Shown in pieces: positions 1 to 10,143 of a DNA stretch of 61,122 bases; the first letter of the stretch is position 1; the number at the start of each line of letters is the position of its first letter. The position numbers and the translations under genes were made by a program. This stretch comes from Candidatus Nanopelagicales bacterium (GTDB taxonomy: Bacteria; Actinomycetota; Actinomycetes; S36-B12): contig JBMTDJ010000005.1 of the NCBI GenBank assembly GCA_049431945.1, positions 1-61,122 of the forward strand, in the 5' to 3' direction. The notes beneath the pieces were generated by a model that was given only the letters and a program-made list of their open reading frames with translations, made no database searches and was not told the DNA's origin.

Positions 1-280
1 AGTCACCGGCCTCGAGTTCCATCGCGGCGAGGCCGTAGGACACAGCGTTGGTGCCCGCGCATCCGTAGCCCTCGAGGTGCATGCCCAGCACCCCGAGCTC
101 GCCGAACTCCCGTGCCAGCTCGCGCGCCGGGATCGTGCCGGCCTCGAACCAGTCCGCGACCTCCGGCTTGATGCGCCGCTCGACGAAGTCCCGCACGACA
201 TCGCGGATGGCCCGCTCCTCCTCGGTAAGAAGGCCTTCGATGGCAAAGAGCTCCAGTGGCGGGCGGGGAGCGGTGGTCAC
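1..280 (-). CDS. Acyl-CoA dehydrogenase, glutaryl-CoA dehydrogenase-like (partial; N-terminus only, runs off the window start)
   Basis: Manual minus-strand translation from GTG at 280 gives MTTAPRPPLELFAIEGLLTEEERAIRDVVRDFVERRIKPEVADWFEAG...GVLGMHLEGYGCAGTNAVSYGLAAMELEAGD, a typical acyl-CoA dehydrogenase N-terminus. AGGAGG RBS at 285-290. Not in the ORF track because it is truncated. Confidence 0.85.
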   Translation of the reverse strand, partial: MTTAPRPPLELFAIEGLLTEEERAIRDVVRDFVERRIKPEVADWFEAGTIPARELAREFGELGVLGMHLEGYGCAGTNAVSYGLAAMELEAGD

Positions 281-425
281 GGGTCCTCCTGGCGACCCCG
301 GGATCGGGCGTACCGGGTGTCGATCCCAGTATTCCGCAGGCCCGCGGAATCGGCGCCGCGGGGCGAGCCGGGCCAATCCCGGGTCACGGCCACACCGGGA
401 GGGCCCATGCGCGAGGATGTGGGCC

Positions 426-2522
426 ATGCCATCGCTGCTTTCCCGCATTCGAGTTCCCCGGGACCTCGACCCCTCATCCCGGGCGGGGCTCATGCTCGCC
501 GCCGTGAGCGTCGGCTTGTCGTACCAACCGAATCTGCTCACGCGCAAGAGCATCGACCAGGGCATCATCACCGGAGTCTCGGGACTGGCGGGGTACTCGT
601 GGGGGGTGTCTGCGCACAGCGCCATGAGCGCGCTGGGCTCGCGCGTCGGGGGCAAGCGCGGTCAGGTCGCGGGCGATGCTCTCGTCGTCCTCGGGTCGGT
701 GGGCGTGAATCGGCTCCTCGCATGGCGCGAGCACGAGCCCACCTGGCGCTCCGCCGCTCGGTTGCTGAGCGGGGCAATGGCGGCGGCCGCGGCGGCAGGC
801 ATGGCATCGCGCGTGGTCGAGGCCATCCCGAGCACGCCCGTGCGCATTGCTGCGACCACAGGGAGCGTCGCGGCCCTCGGCGCAGGTGTCTACGGCGCGA
901 CGCGGCTGTTGGGTCAGCAGGTCGGGACCACCGAACTCGAAACGTTCCGGTCTGCTCGTGACGAGGGGCTCGGGGGAGTCGTGCGCGCCATCCGGCAGAT
1001 TGCGACGGGGGAGCCGGACGATCTTGCCCAGGACCAGGACCTCACCGTCAATCCGATGGTGGCCAGCGGGATCGGTATCGCCGTCACCGGCACCCTGCTC
1101 GGCCTGGCCGCGGTGGAGTCACGCGTCACGCGGCTGTGGGGTCGCGGCGTGGCCTCCCTCTTCGGGGGTACGCCGGAGGAGCACGCCACGATCGCGCGCG
1201 GTCTCACGGCGGCAGCCACCGTCGTGGCCGGCGGCCTTGCACTCAAACTGGTCGATCGCGAACTCGGCAACGCTGGCGAGGGCACGGAGCCCGCGCACGC
1301 GATTCCGCCGGACATCCCGGAGATCACGGGCTCGCCGGTGTCCGGGCAGTCCTGGTCGGATCAGAGCCGCGAGGGTCGGCGCTGGCTCAGCATGGTTCTG
1401 CGTCCCGAGACGATCTCGGCCGTCATGGGCGAGCCCGCGACGCAGCCGATACGTGTCTACGCGAGCCTGTCGAGTTCGACGACCAAGGAGGGGCGCGCTC
1501 AGGTGCTCCTTGACGAGATCGACCGCACGCACGCGCTCGAGCGGCCGTACGTCGCGCTGTGGTCCCCGACAGGTTCCGGCTACGTCAACTACGTCGGATG
1601 CGAGACCTTCGAGTACCTCACCCGCGGCAACTGCGCCAGCCTGGCCATTCAGTACTCCGTCTTGCCGTCGTCGCTGTCGCTCACCGACGTGAAGCTCGGC
1701 ACCGACCAGACCCGCATGGTCTTCGCCGGAATCACCGAGCGGCTCATGGCGATGGATCCCGACAAGCGTCCTCGACTGTTCCTCTTCGGCGAGAGCCTGG
1801 GCTCACAGGTGAGCGAGGAGATGTTCGAGGGCATGGGGGTCTTCGGGCCGCAGAGCCTGGGCATCGAGGCCGGCCTGTGGATCGGCACTCCCGAGGCGAC
1901 GAAGTGGCGTCAGCAGCTGTGGGGCGACCGATCCGTGGCCGACGTACCCGGCGTTGGGCCGGGCGACATCTTCCTTCCGCGCTGGGTGGGCGACTGGACG
2001 CATATGCCGACGGAAGAGCGCGCACGGGTCCGCTACCTGCTCCTGCAGAACGGCGACGATCCCATCCCGAAGTTCTGGACCCCGGTGCTCTGGAAGCGTC
2101 CGGCATGGCTCGGCCCGTGGGGCAAGCGGCCCCCCGGATCGCCCCGGCACACCATCTGGTGGCCCGTGACGACCTTCCTCGCGACGTTCATCGACATGCT
2201 CAACGCGCTCGCGCCGACGCCAGGGATCTTCGTCGAGGGAGGCCACGACTATCGCCTCGAGCTCCCCGACGCCGTCCGCGAGGTTTGGCGCTTGGAATGC
2301 ACCGACGACCAGATGGCGTCCATGCAGCAGGCTCTGAGGCGCCGAGAGCTCGGCTGGGAAACCAAGCGCCGCTGGATGGAGGCCGAGGCCGTAGTCGGGC
2401 CCGAGGCCCGTGCGGAGAAGGAGCGCAAGGTCCTCGACGATGTCGCCACATGGACCGGGCGCACTTCCGTTACGGCCGCCGACGTCGTGCACATCATTGA
2501 TACTGACTGCCAGCCGACCTGA
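426..2522 (+). CDS. Membrane-anchored alpha/beta-hydrolase family protein (Abhydrolase_9-like)
   Basis: ORF 81..2522, start placed at ATG 426. Hydrophobic N-terminal helices, then PTGSGYVN, QYSVLPS, GESLG nucleophile elbow, GDDPI and GGHDY motifs. Confidence 0.75.
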   Translation: MPSLLSRIRVPRDLDPSSRAGLMLAAVSVGLSYQPNLLTRKSIDQGIITGVSGLAGYSWGVSAHSAMSALGSRVGGKRGQVAGDALVVLGSVGVNRLLAWREHEPTWRSAARLLSGAMAAAAAAGMASRVVEAIPSTPVRIAATTGSVAALGAGVYGATRLLGQQVGTTELETFRSARDEGLGGVVRAIRQIATGEPDDLAQDQDLTVNPMVASGIGIAVTGTLLGLAAVESRVTRLWGRGVASLFGGTPEEHATIARGLTAAATVVAGGLALKLVDRELGNAGEGTEPAHAIPPDIPEITGSPVSGQSWSDQSREGRRWLSMVLRPETISAVMGEPATQPIRVYASLSSSTTKEGRAQVLLDEIDRTHALERPYVALWSPTGSGYVNYVGCETFEYLTRGNCASLAIQYSVLPSSLSLTDVKLGTDQTRMVFAGITERLMAMDPDKRPRLFLFGESLGSQVSEEMFEGMGVFGPQSLGIEAGLWIGTPEATKWRQQLWGDRSVADVPGVGPGDIFLPRWVGDWTHMPTEERARVRYLLLQNGDDPIPKFWTPVLWKRPAWLGPWGKRPPGSPRHTIWWPVTTFLATFIDMLNALAPTPGIFVEGGHDYRLELPDAVREVWRLECTDDQMASMQQALRRRELGWETKRRWMEAEAVVGPEARAEKERKVLDDVATWTGRTSVTAADVVHIIDTDCQPT

Positions 2523-2528
2523 GGCTCC

Positions 2529-3899
2529 CTAACCGAGGAAGCGGGAGAACACCCTGGCGCGCAGGGCGGGCTTGCCGGTGCGTGTCTCCACGTCATCGGC
2601 CGAGCCCATGACGCGCAGGCCGACGTTGACACCGAGCCAGCGCAGGGGCTCGGGCTCCCACTCCGGCGAGAGGTGACCCACCCAGGGCAGCGAGGTGAGA
2701 TCGGTCTGGCGACCGCAGATGAGGTCGGCGAGCGTCTTGCCGCCAAGGTGCGAGGTGCCCACACCGTCACCGACATAGCCGCCGCCCCAGGCGATCCGCG
2801 TCACCGGGTCCAGGCCACACGACGCGAACCAGTCGCGCGGGATGCCGAGGGCCCCGCCCCAGGAGTGCGTGACCGCGTGACCGGAGACCGCGGGAAACAG
2901 GTCGACGAGGTTGCGCCACAAATCGGCGAAAACGGCGGGGTTGCTGTCGTACTCGGGTCGGATCGAGGATCTGAAGTGGTACGGCGCGCCCCTGCCTCCG
3001 AACGCGAAGCGGTCGTCGGCGGTGCGCTGGCCGTAGATGATCAGGTGGCGACCATCGGAGAAGGTCTGCCGTCGGTCGAGACCGATGGTGTCCCAGACGT
3101 CCGCGCCCAGGGGCTCGGTGGCGATCATGAGCGAGTAGACCGGCACCATGGCGCGCGAATAGCCGGGGAGCTCGGAGGTGTAGCCCTCGGTGGCGCGCAC
3201 CACGTACTGCGCCCTGACTCGTCCATGCTCGGTGCGCACGAACCCCGGACGCAACTCGGTAACGCGCGAGTGCTCGTGGATGCGGCCGCCGCGCTGGACG
3301 ACGGTGCGCGCCAGTGAACGCACGAGACGCGCGGGGTGGATCGCCGCGCAGTGAGGCGTGTACGTCGCGCCGATGACGTCGGTGGCATCGAGCATGGCCC
3401 GAGCCTCGTCGCGGGAGAGGAGTCTGTAGTCGTCCTCGCCGAAACCCCAGCGGCGCCACTCGGCGATCTCCTCCTGGGCTCGCTGCCACTGCAGGGGCGT
3501 GCGGGCGGCGATCACGGATCCACCCTTCGCCCAGTGGATGTCCCAGCCCTCGGATTCAGCCACGCGACCGATGTCGTCCACGGTGTCGTGCATCGCGCGC
3601 TGCAGCCGCACCGCCGCATCGCGACTGCTCTGGGCAGCCACGGTGGCCACGCTGGCCGGGAAGAGGGCCGAGCACCAGCCGCCATTGCGTCCGCTCGCGC
3701 CGAATCCCGCGTGCTCAGCCTCCAGGATGGTCACACGGATACCGGGCTGCGTGGTGAGCAGGTAGTACGCGGTCCACAGCCCGGTGTAGCCGGCGCCGAC
3801 GATCACCACATCCGCATCGGCGTCGCCGCTGAGCGGCTCGCCAAGCGGTGCGCGCAGGTCATCGGGCAGGGTGTCCCACCACAGGGATCGCGTGGTCAT
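2529..3899 (-). CDS. FAD-dependent oxidoreductase (DAO/PuuB gamma-glutamylputrescine oxidase-like)
   Basis: GAGYTGLW dinucleotide-binding motif, GASGRNGG, YVGDGVG. ATG 3899 overlaps the upstream stop (ATGA). Confidence 0.8.
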   Translation of the reverse strand: MTTRSLWWDTLPDDLRAPLGEPLSGDADADVVIVGAGYTGLWTAYYLLTTQPGIRVTILEAEHAGFGASGRNGGWCSALFPASVATVAAQSSRDAAVRLQRAMHDTVDDIGRVAESEGWDIHWAKGGSVIAARTPLQWQRAQEEIAEWRRWGFGEDDYRLLSRDEARAMLDATDVIGATYTPHCAAIHPARLVRSLARTVVQRGGRIHEHSRVTELRPGFVRTEHGRVRAQYVVRATEGYTSELPGYSRAMVPVYSLMIATEPLGADVWDTIGLDRRQTFSDGRHLIIYGQRTADDRFAFGGRGAPYHFRSSIRPEYDSNPAVFADLWRNLVDLFPAVSGHAVTHSWGGALGIPRDWFASCGLDPVTRIAWGGGYVGDGVGTSHLGGKTLADLICGRQTDLTSLPWVGHLSPEWEPEPLRWLGVNVGLRVMGSADDVETRTGKPALRARVFSRFLG

Positions 3900-4561
3900 C
3901 GTCTCCACTGTCGCACGTAGTCAGGCAGTGGCACGTCGACGGCAAGGTCGTCGGCTACTGGCTCGCCGAACGACTCCTCGATCGGCACCCAGCCGGCCCA
4001 GATGCGCGAGTAGACCGGATCGACGAGGTCGGTGTCCACGTCCTCCGGAGGGCCGTCACCGACCTTGACCGAGATCTCGTCGAGCGGCAGGGCAAGGGTG
4101 ATGGTCGCCTTGAGCTCCTGCGGTGCGGGGTGGCGGGCATCCACGGTGCGGCCCGGCATGAGGCTCTCCGAGAGGTCCAGGAGCGCCTCGATCTCCTCGT
4201 CACCTTCGAGCCGCCGGCAGGTGCCGAGCGCCATGACGCAGCGGTAGTGCATGGACGACTCGAAGAGACTGCGTGCGAGCACGAGACCATCCAGCAGGGT
4301 GACGGTCAGGCAGGTGGGTGCACCATCTGCCAGGGTGCGGAACAGTCGCGAGGCGCTCGACCCGTGGAAGATCACCTCGTCGCCGCGGCGCGCGTAGCCG
4401 ACGGGGACGACGTACGGCTGACCGTCGGTGACAACGGCGACATGGGCCATGAGTCCCGCGTCGAGGATGGCGTAGGCGACCTCTCGCTCCGTCACGGACT
4501 TCTCGGGGATCCGCTTCACGCGCGTGCGCGCGGTGGAGCCGGGGTCGGGTAGTGATGTCAT
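3896..4561 (-). CDS. Pyridoxamine 5'-phosphate oxidase-like flavin-nucleotide-binding protein
   Basis: PYVVPVGY, FHGSSASRL, TLLDGLVLARS..SMHYR motifs of the split beta-barrel flavin-binding family; translationally coupled on both sides. Confidence 0.8.
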   Translation of the reverse strand: MTSLPDPGSTARTRVKRIPEKSVTEREVAYAILDAGLMAHVAVVTDGQPYVVPVGYARRGDEVIFHGSSASRLFRTLADGAPTCLTVTLLDGLVLARSLFESSMHYRCVMALGTCRRLEGDEEIEALLDLSESLMPGRTVDARHPAPQELKATITLALPLDEISVKVGDGPPEDVDTDLVDPVYSRIWAGWVPIEESFGEPVADDLAVDVPLPDYVRQWRR

Positions 4562-5961
4562 AGCCGGTTGCCCGCCTCGGTGAGGACCGCGCGCAGGATC
4601 TGCTCGATCTCGTCGAAGTGCGACTGATCGCAGATGAGTGGTGGAGAGAGCTGGATGACGGGATCCCCGCGATCATCCGCCCGGCAGTAGAGTCCGTTGT
4701 CGAACAGCGCCTTGTCGAGGTAGCCCCGCAGCAGGCGTTCGGACTCCTCGTCGCTGAAGGTCTCTCGGGTCTCCTTGTCCTTGACCAGTTCGATGCCATA
4801 GAAGAAGCCGGCACCTCGGACGTCGCCGACGATCGGCAGGTCGTAGAGCCGTTCCAGGGTGGTGCGGAAGGCAGCCTCGTTGTCGCGCACGTGCTCAAGT
4901 AGCCCCTCGCGTTCGAAGAGGTCGAGATTGGCGAGCGCCACCGCGCTGGCGACCGGATGGCCACCCCAGGTGTAACCGTGGAGGAATGTATTGGTCCCGT
5001 GGCGAAAGGGCTCGAAGAGTCGATCGCTGGCGATCATGGCGCCGGCTGCGGCGTACCCAGAGGTCATGCCCTTGGCGCAGGTGATGATGTCAGGCTGCAC
5101 GCCGAAGCGATTGATGGCGAAGATGTCGCCGATGCGACCAAACGCCGTGATGGTCTCGTCCGCGACGAAGAGCACGTCGTACTCGTCGCAGATCTCGCGC
5201 ACGCGCTCGAGGTAGCCGGACGGGGGAGGGAAGCAACCGCCGGAGTTCTGCACCGGTTCGAGGAAGACGGCGGCCACTGTCTCGGGTCCCTCGAATTCGA
5301 TCGCCTCACGGATGCGTTCCGCAGCCCACAAGCCGAATGCCTTCTCGTCGTAGCGGTACTCCTCGGGCGCCCGGTAGAAGTTTGTATTGGGCACCTTGAT
5401 GCCGGTGGGCACCAGCGGCTCGAAGTACTTCTTGGCACCGGTGAGGCCCGTGATCGACAGCGCACCATGGGGTGTGCCGTGGTAGGCGATATTGCGGCTG
5501 ATCACCTTGTGCTTCATCGGTTTGCCCGTGAGCTTGAAGTACTGCTTCGCGAGCTTCCAGGCGCTCTCGACGGCCTCGCCGCCGCCCGTGGTGAAGAAGA
5601 CTCGGTTCAGGTCCCCGGGTGCATAGTGCGCGAGGCGCTCCGCAAGTTCGATCGCGCGTGGGTGGGCGTAGGACCAGATGGGGAAGAAGCCGAGCTCCTC
5701 CGCCTGGCGAGCGGCCGCGGCCGCGAGTTCCTTGCGCCCGTGGCCCGCCTGCACGACGAAGAGGCCGGCCAGGCCATCGAGGTAGCGCCGGCCCTGGTCG
5801 TCCCAAACGTAGGCCCCCTCTCCGCGCACCATGACCGGCACGTGGCCCTCGCCTGATTCGTAGATCGAGTGCCGGGTGAAGTGCATCCACAGGTGGCGCT
5901 CGGCTGCCGCGGCAAGGCGGTCGTCGCCCGGCTCGGTGACGAACTGCGGAGTGATAGTCAT
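4558..5961 (-). CDS. Class III PLP-dependent aminotransferase (omega-amino/polyamine transaminase)
   Basis: YLDGLAGL, GGGEAVESA, YHG, EPVQNSGG, DETITAFGRIG, AKGMTSGY (PLP lysine), HGYTWGGHP. Confidence 0.9.
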   Translation of the reverse strand: MTITPQFVTEPGDDRLAAAAERHLWMHFTRHSIYESGEGHVPVMVRGEGAYVWDDQGRRYLDGLAGLFVVQAGHGRKELAAAAARQAEELGFFPIWSYAHPRAIELAERLAHYAPGDLNRVFFTTGGGEAVESAWKLAKQYFKLTGKPMKHKVISRNIAYHGTPHGALSITGLTGAKKYFEPLVPTGIKVPNTNFYRAPEEYRYDEKAFGLWAAERIREAIEFEGPETVAAVFLEPVQNSGGCFPPPSGYLERVREICDEYDVLFVADETITAFGRIGDIFAINRFGVQPDIITCAKGMTSGYAAAGAMIASDRLFEPFRHGTNTFLHGYTWGGHPVASAVALANLDLFEREGLLEHVRDNEAAFRTTLERLYDLPIVGDVRGAGFFYGIELVKDKETRETFSDEESERLLRGYLDKALFDNGLYCRADDRGDPVIQLSPPLICDQSHFDEIEQILRAVLTEAGNRL

Positions 5962-6446
5962 CGGGTGCCCCAGGTGTAGATCTGCTTGCGGAGTTGCAGA
6001 TAGACGAATGTCTCGGTGCGCTTGACGCCCGGTATCGGGCGGATACGGCGATTGAGGATCTCGAGCAGATGGTCGTCGTCTTCGGCGACGACTTCTGCCA
6101 TGAGGTCGAACCCGCCAGCGCAGATGACGAGGTAGTCGACCTCAGGCAGTGCTTCGACCTCGGAGGCGACGGCCTCGAGGTCACCCTCGACCGTGATTCC
6201 GATCATTGCCGCCCGTGGAAAGCCAACCTGCAAGGGATTCGTGACGGCGACCACCTGGATGACACCGGAATCGACCAAGCGCTGGACGCGGTGGCGCACC
6301 GCCGCCTCGGAGAGCCCCACCGCCTTGCCGATCGCCGCGTAAGGGCGTCGGCCGTCCTGCTGCAGTTGCTCGATGATCGCCTTGGCGACATCGTCGATCG
6401 GTGCGGCAGCTCGGTCGCCCTCTCGGGTCAATGTGAGTCGGGGCAT
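5958..6446 (-). CDS. Lrp/AsnC family transcriptional regulator
   Basis: IIEQLQQDGRRPYAAIGKAVGLSEAAVRHRVQRL HTH plus RAM domain (GGFDL). TAGGCT -10-like hexamer 6 nt before the ATG (probably leaderless). Confidence 0.92.
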   Translation of the reverse strand: MPRLTLTREGDRAAAPIDDVAKAIIEQLQQDGRRPYAAIGKAVGLSEAAVRHRVQRLVDSGVIQVVAVTNPLQVGFPRAAMIGITVEGDLEAVASEVEALPEVDYLVICAGGFDLMAEVVAEDDDHLLEILNRRIRPIPGVKRTETFVYLQLRKQIYTWGTR

Positions 6447-6483
6447 GGAGGCAGCCTAGGCAGTGAGGGGGTGTCCAATCAAG

Positions 6484-6526
6484 GGAATTCGTCGTGTGAG
6501 GTCGATATAAGTATCGGAATTCGTCG
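6484..6526. promoter_or_regulatory. Direct repeat GGAATTCGTCG x2 (32-bp period) in the divergent Lrp/dehydrogenase promoter; candidate Lrp operator
   Basis: Exact 11-mers at 6484-6494 and 6516-6526 in an AT-richer intergenic region. Confidence 0.5.
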
Positions 6527-6621
6527 CGCATGGAGGCCCGAGCATGCGGGATGGTGAGCCAGCGCTAGCGTGAGCCTGCCGACCGGCCAGGGTGGCCGGT
6601 CCTCGGACCAAAGGATGCGCT

Positions 6622-8067
6622 GTGAGCGACAAGCGGGTGCTGAACAACGTGATCGGCGGCGAGCGCGTGCCTTCGATGAGTGGCCAGACGCAGGATCTGG
6701 TCAATCCCTCGACCGGCGAGGTGTTCGCCTCGGCGCCCGTCTCGGGACCGGAGGACATCGACCGCGCGTACGCCGTGGCTGCTGATGCCTTCGCCGAATG
6801 GCGCGATTCGACCCCGGCTGAGCGTCAGAAAGCCCTCCTGGCGATCGCGGATCTCTTCGAGGAGCACGCCGACGAACTCGTCGCGCTGGAGAGCGAGAAC
6901 ACCGGCAAGCCCATCGCGGTGACCATGTCGGAGGAGATCCCCCCGATGGTCGATCAGATCCGCTTCTTCGCCGGTGCTGCGCGAGTGCTCGAGGGACGAG
7001 CCGCCGGTGAGTACATGAAGGGCTTCACGTCGATCATCCGTCGTGAGCCCGTGGGCGTCATCGGGCAGGTGACCCCGTGGAACTACCCGATGATGATGGC
7101 CGTCTGGAAGTACGCCCCGGCGATCGCCGCGGGCAACACCGTGGTTCTCAAGCCCTCAGACACGACTCCGGTTTCGACCGTGCGTATGGCGGAGCTCATC
7201 ACCGACGCGGGGATTCTGCCCCCCGGTGTCCTCAACGTGGTGACCGGTGATCGCGACACGGGTCGTGCGCTGGTGTCGCACCCCACGCCGCAGATGGTCG
7301 CGATCACCGGTTCCGTACGCGCGGGTATGGAGGTCGCGGGGGAGGCAGCCCGCGATGTGAAGCGCGTGCACCTGGAGCTCGGCGGCAAGGCCCCCATCGT
7401 GATCTTCGACGACGCCGACGTCGAGGCTGCCGCGGAGTGGCTGGCTGTCGCCGGCTACTTCAACGCCGGTCAGGACTGCACCGCCGCGACGCGCATGATC
7501 GTGGCTCCGGGAATCTACGACGATTTCGTCGCGGCAATCGGCCAACAGGCATCGGCTACGGCGACGACGTTCGACGACGGCCCGGGGGGCGAGGCGCTCG
7601 TGCCTCCGGTCAACAACGTCAATCAGCTCGAGCGCGTCCTCGGGTTCATCGAGCGGGCACCGTCGCATGCCCGCATCGTGGCCGGCGGCAAGCGCCAGGG
7701 TGATCGGGGCTTCTACATCGAGCCGACCGTCGTGGCCGACCTGCGGCAGGACGACGAGATGATCCAGAACGAGATGTTCGGCCCGGTCATCACCGTGCAG
7801 AAGTTTTCGGACGAGGCCGAGGCCCTCGCCTGGGCCAACGGCGTCAACTACGGCCTTGCCTCCTCCGTGTGGACCAAGGACTTCGGACGCGCCATGCGCA
7901 TGGCCAAGAACCTTGACTTCGGCTGTGTGTGGATCAACACCCACATCCCGCTCGTGGCCGAGATGCCTCACGGTGGCTTCAAGCACTCCGGCTACGGCAA
8001 GGATCTATCGATGTACGGGTTCGAGGACTACACCCGCATCAAGCACGTCATGGCCAGCCTGGACTAG
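6622..8067 (+). CDS. Gamma-aminobutyraldehyde dehydrogenase (aldehyde dehydrogenase family)
   Basis: [23 protein letters not shown] catalytic Cys, [20 protein letters not shown] 6622 follows AAGGA. Confidence 0.88.
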   Translation: MSDKRVLNNVIGGERVPSMSGQTQDLVNPSTGEVFASAPVSGPEDIDRAYAVAADAFAEWRDSTPAERQKALLAIADLFEEHADELVALESENTGKPIAVTMSEEIPPMVDQIRFFAGAARVLEGRAAGEYMKGFTSIIRREPVGVIGQVTPWNYPMMMAVWKYAPAIAAGNTVVLKPSDTTPVSTVRMAELITDAGILPPGVLNVVTGDRDTGRALVSHPTPQMVAITGSVRAGMEVAGEAARDVKRVHLELGGKAPIVIFDDADVEAAAEWLAVAGYFNAGQDCTAATRMIVAPGIYDDFVAAIGQQASATATTFDDGPGGEALVPPVNNVNQLERVLGFIERAPSHARIVAGGKRQGDRGFYIEPTVVADLRQDDEMIQNEMFGPVITVQKFSDEAEALAWANGVNYGLASSVWTKDFGRAMRMAKNLDFGCVWINTHIPLVAEMPHGGFKHSGYGKDLSMYGFEDYTRIKHVMASLD

Positions 8068-8092
8068 TCCAGCGCTTGACCCATGGCACGGC

Positions 8093-8114
8093 CCCCGGAC
8101 CATCAGGTCCGGGG
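8093..8114. terminator. GC-rich hairpin between convergent genes; putative bidirectional terminator
   Basis: CCCCGGACC-atca-GGTCCGGGG perfect 9-bp stem. Confidence 0.6.
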
Positions 8115-8137
8115 CCCTTCACTTGATGCCTGTGGTG

Positions 8138-9352
8138 CTAGTTGCCGCCCTCGTTAAGGGTGACGGTGATCGGTGCGAAGCCGTCGCCCGTCGTGTTGAG
8201 GCCCATGGCCGTCAACTCGGCGTTGGCTGCCTCGGCGAACTGGTTGGTGTAGGCATCCGCCGGCGGCTCAGCCGTGATGACGGTGAGGCCCTCGAGGTTC
8301 GGAGTATTGAGCGAGATTGCCACGGTCTGGGCCCATGCGGCCGGGTCCATGACGCCCACGCCGTTGGGGGAGGGCCAGATGAGCTTGTTGATCTCGTTCA
8401 TCATCCACAGCTGGTGGCTGGCACCGAGTTGCGAACCGTTGGCCGTCACGATGTCAGCGCACTCCTGTGCGTTGTCGCGGCAGTAGATCCAGCCCTGGAG
8501 CGACGCGGTAACAAAACGCTGCGTCAGATCCTGGTACGCCGCATCGGCGAGACGCTCCTGAGAAGCCCAGATCGCGTCCTGGAGCATGCCCACGCCGTAG
8601 TCGGTGTAGTTGATCACCGTGAAGTCCTCGGGCTTGTAGAGCTCGCCCGTATCCGGGTTGACGGCCTCGAGCAACTGCGCGTACTCGTTGTACGTCATGG
8701 CCTCGGCGGCGTCGATCTCACGATTAAGCAGGGCCAGCATGTCGAACTGCTGCTGGACGAGCTCGACGTCCTTGGCGGGGTCGAGGCCCTCCTTGGCGAG
8801 GGCAGCGAAGATCTCGTACTCGTTGCCGAAGCCCCAGTTGCCGATCTTCTTGCCCTTGAAGTCCGCAGGGGTCTTGATGCCGGAGTCGGCCCAGGCCACC
8901 TGCAGCGTGCCGGAGCGCTGGAAGACCTGCGCGACATCGACGATGCCTGCGCCCTGCTCACGCGAGCTCAGAGCCTTGGGCACCCACGAGATGGCGAAGT
9001 CGGAGCCGCCCTGCGCAAGCACGGTCTGCGGGACGATGTCGACACCACCTTCGAGGATGGTGACATCGAGGCACTGCTCCTCGTAGAAGCCCTTGTCCTT
9101 AGCCGCGTAATAGCCGGCGAACTGCGCCTGCACGAACCACTGGAGCTGCAGGCTCGCCGGCGTGAGCTCAGCGCAGGCCTCCGTAGACTCCTCGGGCGCT
9201 GGCGCGCTGGACTCCGCTGCCGAGGACTCGGCCGGGGCGGAGCTGGACTCGCCGGAAGTGCTGCCACCGCCGCAGGCCGCAAGTACGAACGCGGCAGCAG
9301 AGGCGACTCCGACAACGGCCGCCAAGCGGCCGCGCGGTGGGATCCGCTTCAT
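8138..9352 (-). CDS. ABC transporter substrate-binding lipoprotein (NMT1/THI5-like; pyrimidine uptake inferred)
   Basis: Start placed at ATG 9352 (MKRIPPRGRL...VLAACGG lipobox); LQLQWFVQAQFAGYYAAKDKGFYEE is typical of NMT1/THI5 binding proteins. Confidence 0.85.
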   Translation of the reverse strand: MKRIPPRGRLAAVVGVASAAAFVLAACGGGSTSGESSSAPAESSAAESSAPAPEESTEACAELTPASLQLQWFVQAQFAGYYAAKDKGFYEEQCLDVTILEGGVDIVPQTVLAQGGSDFAISWVPKALSSREQGAGIVDVAQVFQRSGTLQVAWADSGIKTPADFKGKKIGNWGFGNEYEIFAALAKEGLDPAKDVELVQQQFDMLALLNREIDAAEAMTYNEYAQLLEAVNPDTGELYKPEDFTVINYTDYGVGMLQDAIWASQERLADAAYQDLTQRFVTASLQGWIYCRDNAQECADIVTANGSQLGASHQLWMMNEINKLIWPSPNGVGVMDPAAWAQTVAISLNTPNLEGLTVITAEPPADAYTNQFAEAANAELTAMGLNTTGDGFAPITVTLNEGGN

Positions 9353-9372
9353 TGGTGTTCCTTTCTGGTGGG

Positions 9373-10143
9373 TTAGGCCGATCGGGAGCGATCGGCCCAT
9401 GGAGTGGTCCATCGCTCGAGAGCGACCGTGACCAGGTAGAAAACGAGACCGGTGATGATGGCGGCCACGACATAGGCCCATGCCCGGCCGTAGGCGGTGT
9501 TCGCGGCCGAACTGGCGATGCGGCTGCCGAGTCCTTCCTGGGGTCCGCCGAAGTACTCGGCGACGAGGGCCGCGATCACCGAGAGCGGTGCGGCGATCTT
9601 GAGCCCGGTGAAGAAGAACGGTATGGCGTTGGGCACGCGGAGCACTCGGAGGACCGTGCGCGGCTTCGCGTTCATCGAGCGCATCAACTCCAATTGCACC
9701 GGCTGGACCTGCACTAGGCCGCGAATGACATTCACGAGCATGGGGAAGAACACGATGATCATCGTTACCAGGACTCTCGGAGTCCTGCTGGTGATGCTGA
9801 ACATGTTGTTGAGGATCGGTGTCAGGGCAATGATGGGCACCGCGGCCAGGCCCGCGGCAAGCGGCGTAACCAGATTGTTAACGACGATGAAGCGCTGCGC
9901 GAGGAAGGCCATGGCGACGCCCAGGATGGATCCCAGCACCAGGCCCAGGAAGGCGGTCGTGGCCGTGTAGAGGGCCGTGTTCCACATGAGGGAGAGGTCG
10001 CCGAAGAAGTTTTCAGCGATCAGGCTCGGGGCCGGCAGCAGGTAGGGCTGGATGTCCTGGACGACGACGACCGCCTGCCACGCCGCAAGCACGAGCACGC
10101 CGATGAGGATCGGCGGCCAGATGAACTTCAGGCGGTCGGACAT
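9373..10143 (-). CDS. ABC transporter permease (SsuC/TauC type)
   Basis: Multi-TM; LPAPS, FFP, LRVPNAIPFFFTGLK, AEYFGG..GLG. Confidence 0.88.
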   Translation of the reverse strand: MSDRLKFIWPPILIGVLVLAAWQAVVVVQDIQPYLLPAPSLIAENFFGDLSLMWNTALYTATTAFLGLVLGSILGVAMAFLAQRFIVVNNLVTPLAAGLAAVPIIALTPILNNMFSITSRTPRVLVTMIIVFFPMLVNVIRGLVQVQPVQLELMRSMNAKPRTVLRVLRVPNAIPFFFTGLKIAAPLSVIAALVAEYFGGPQEGLGSRIASSAANTAYGRAWAYVVAAIITGLVFYLVTVALERWTTPWADRSRSA

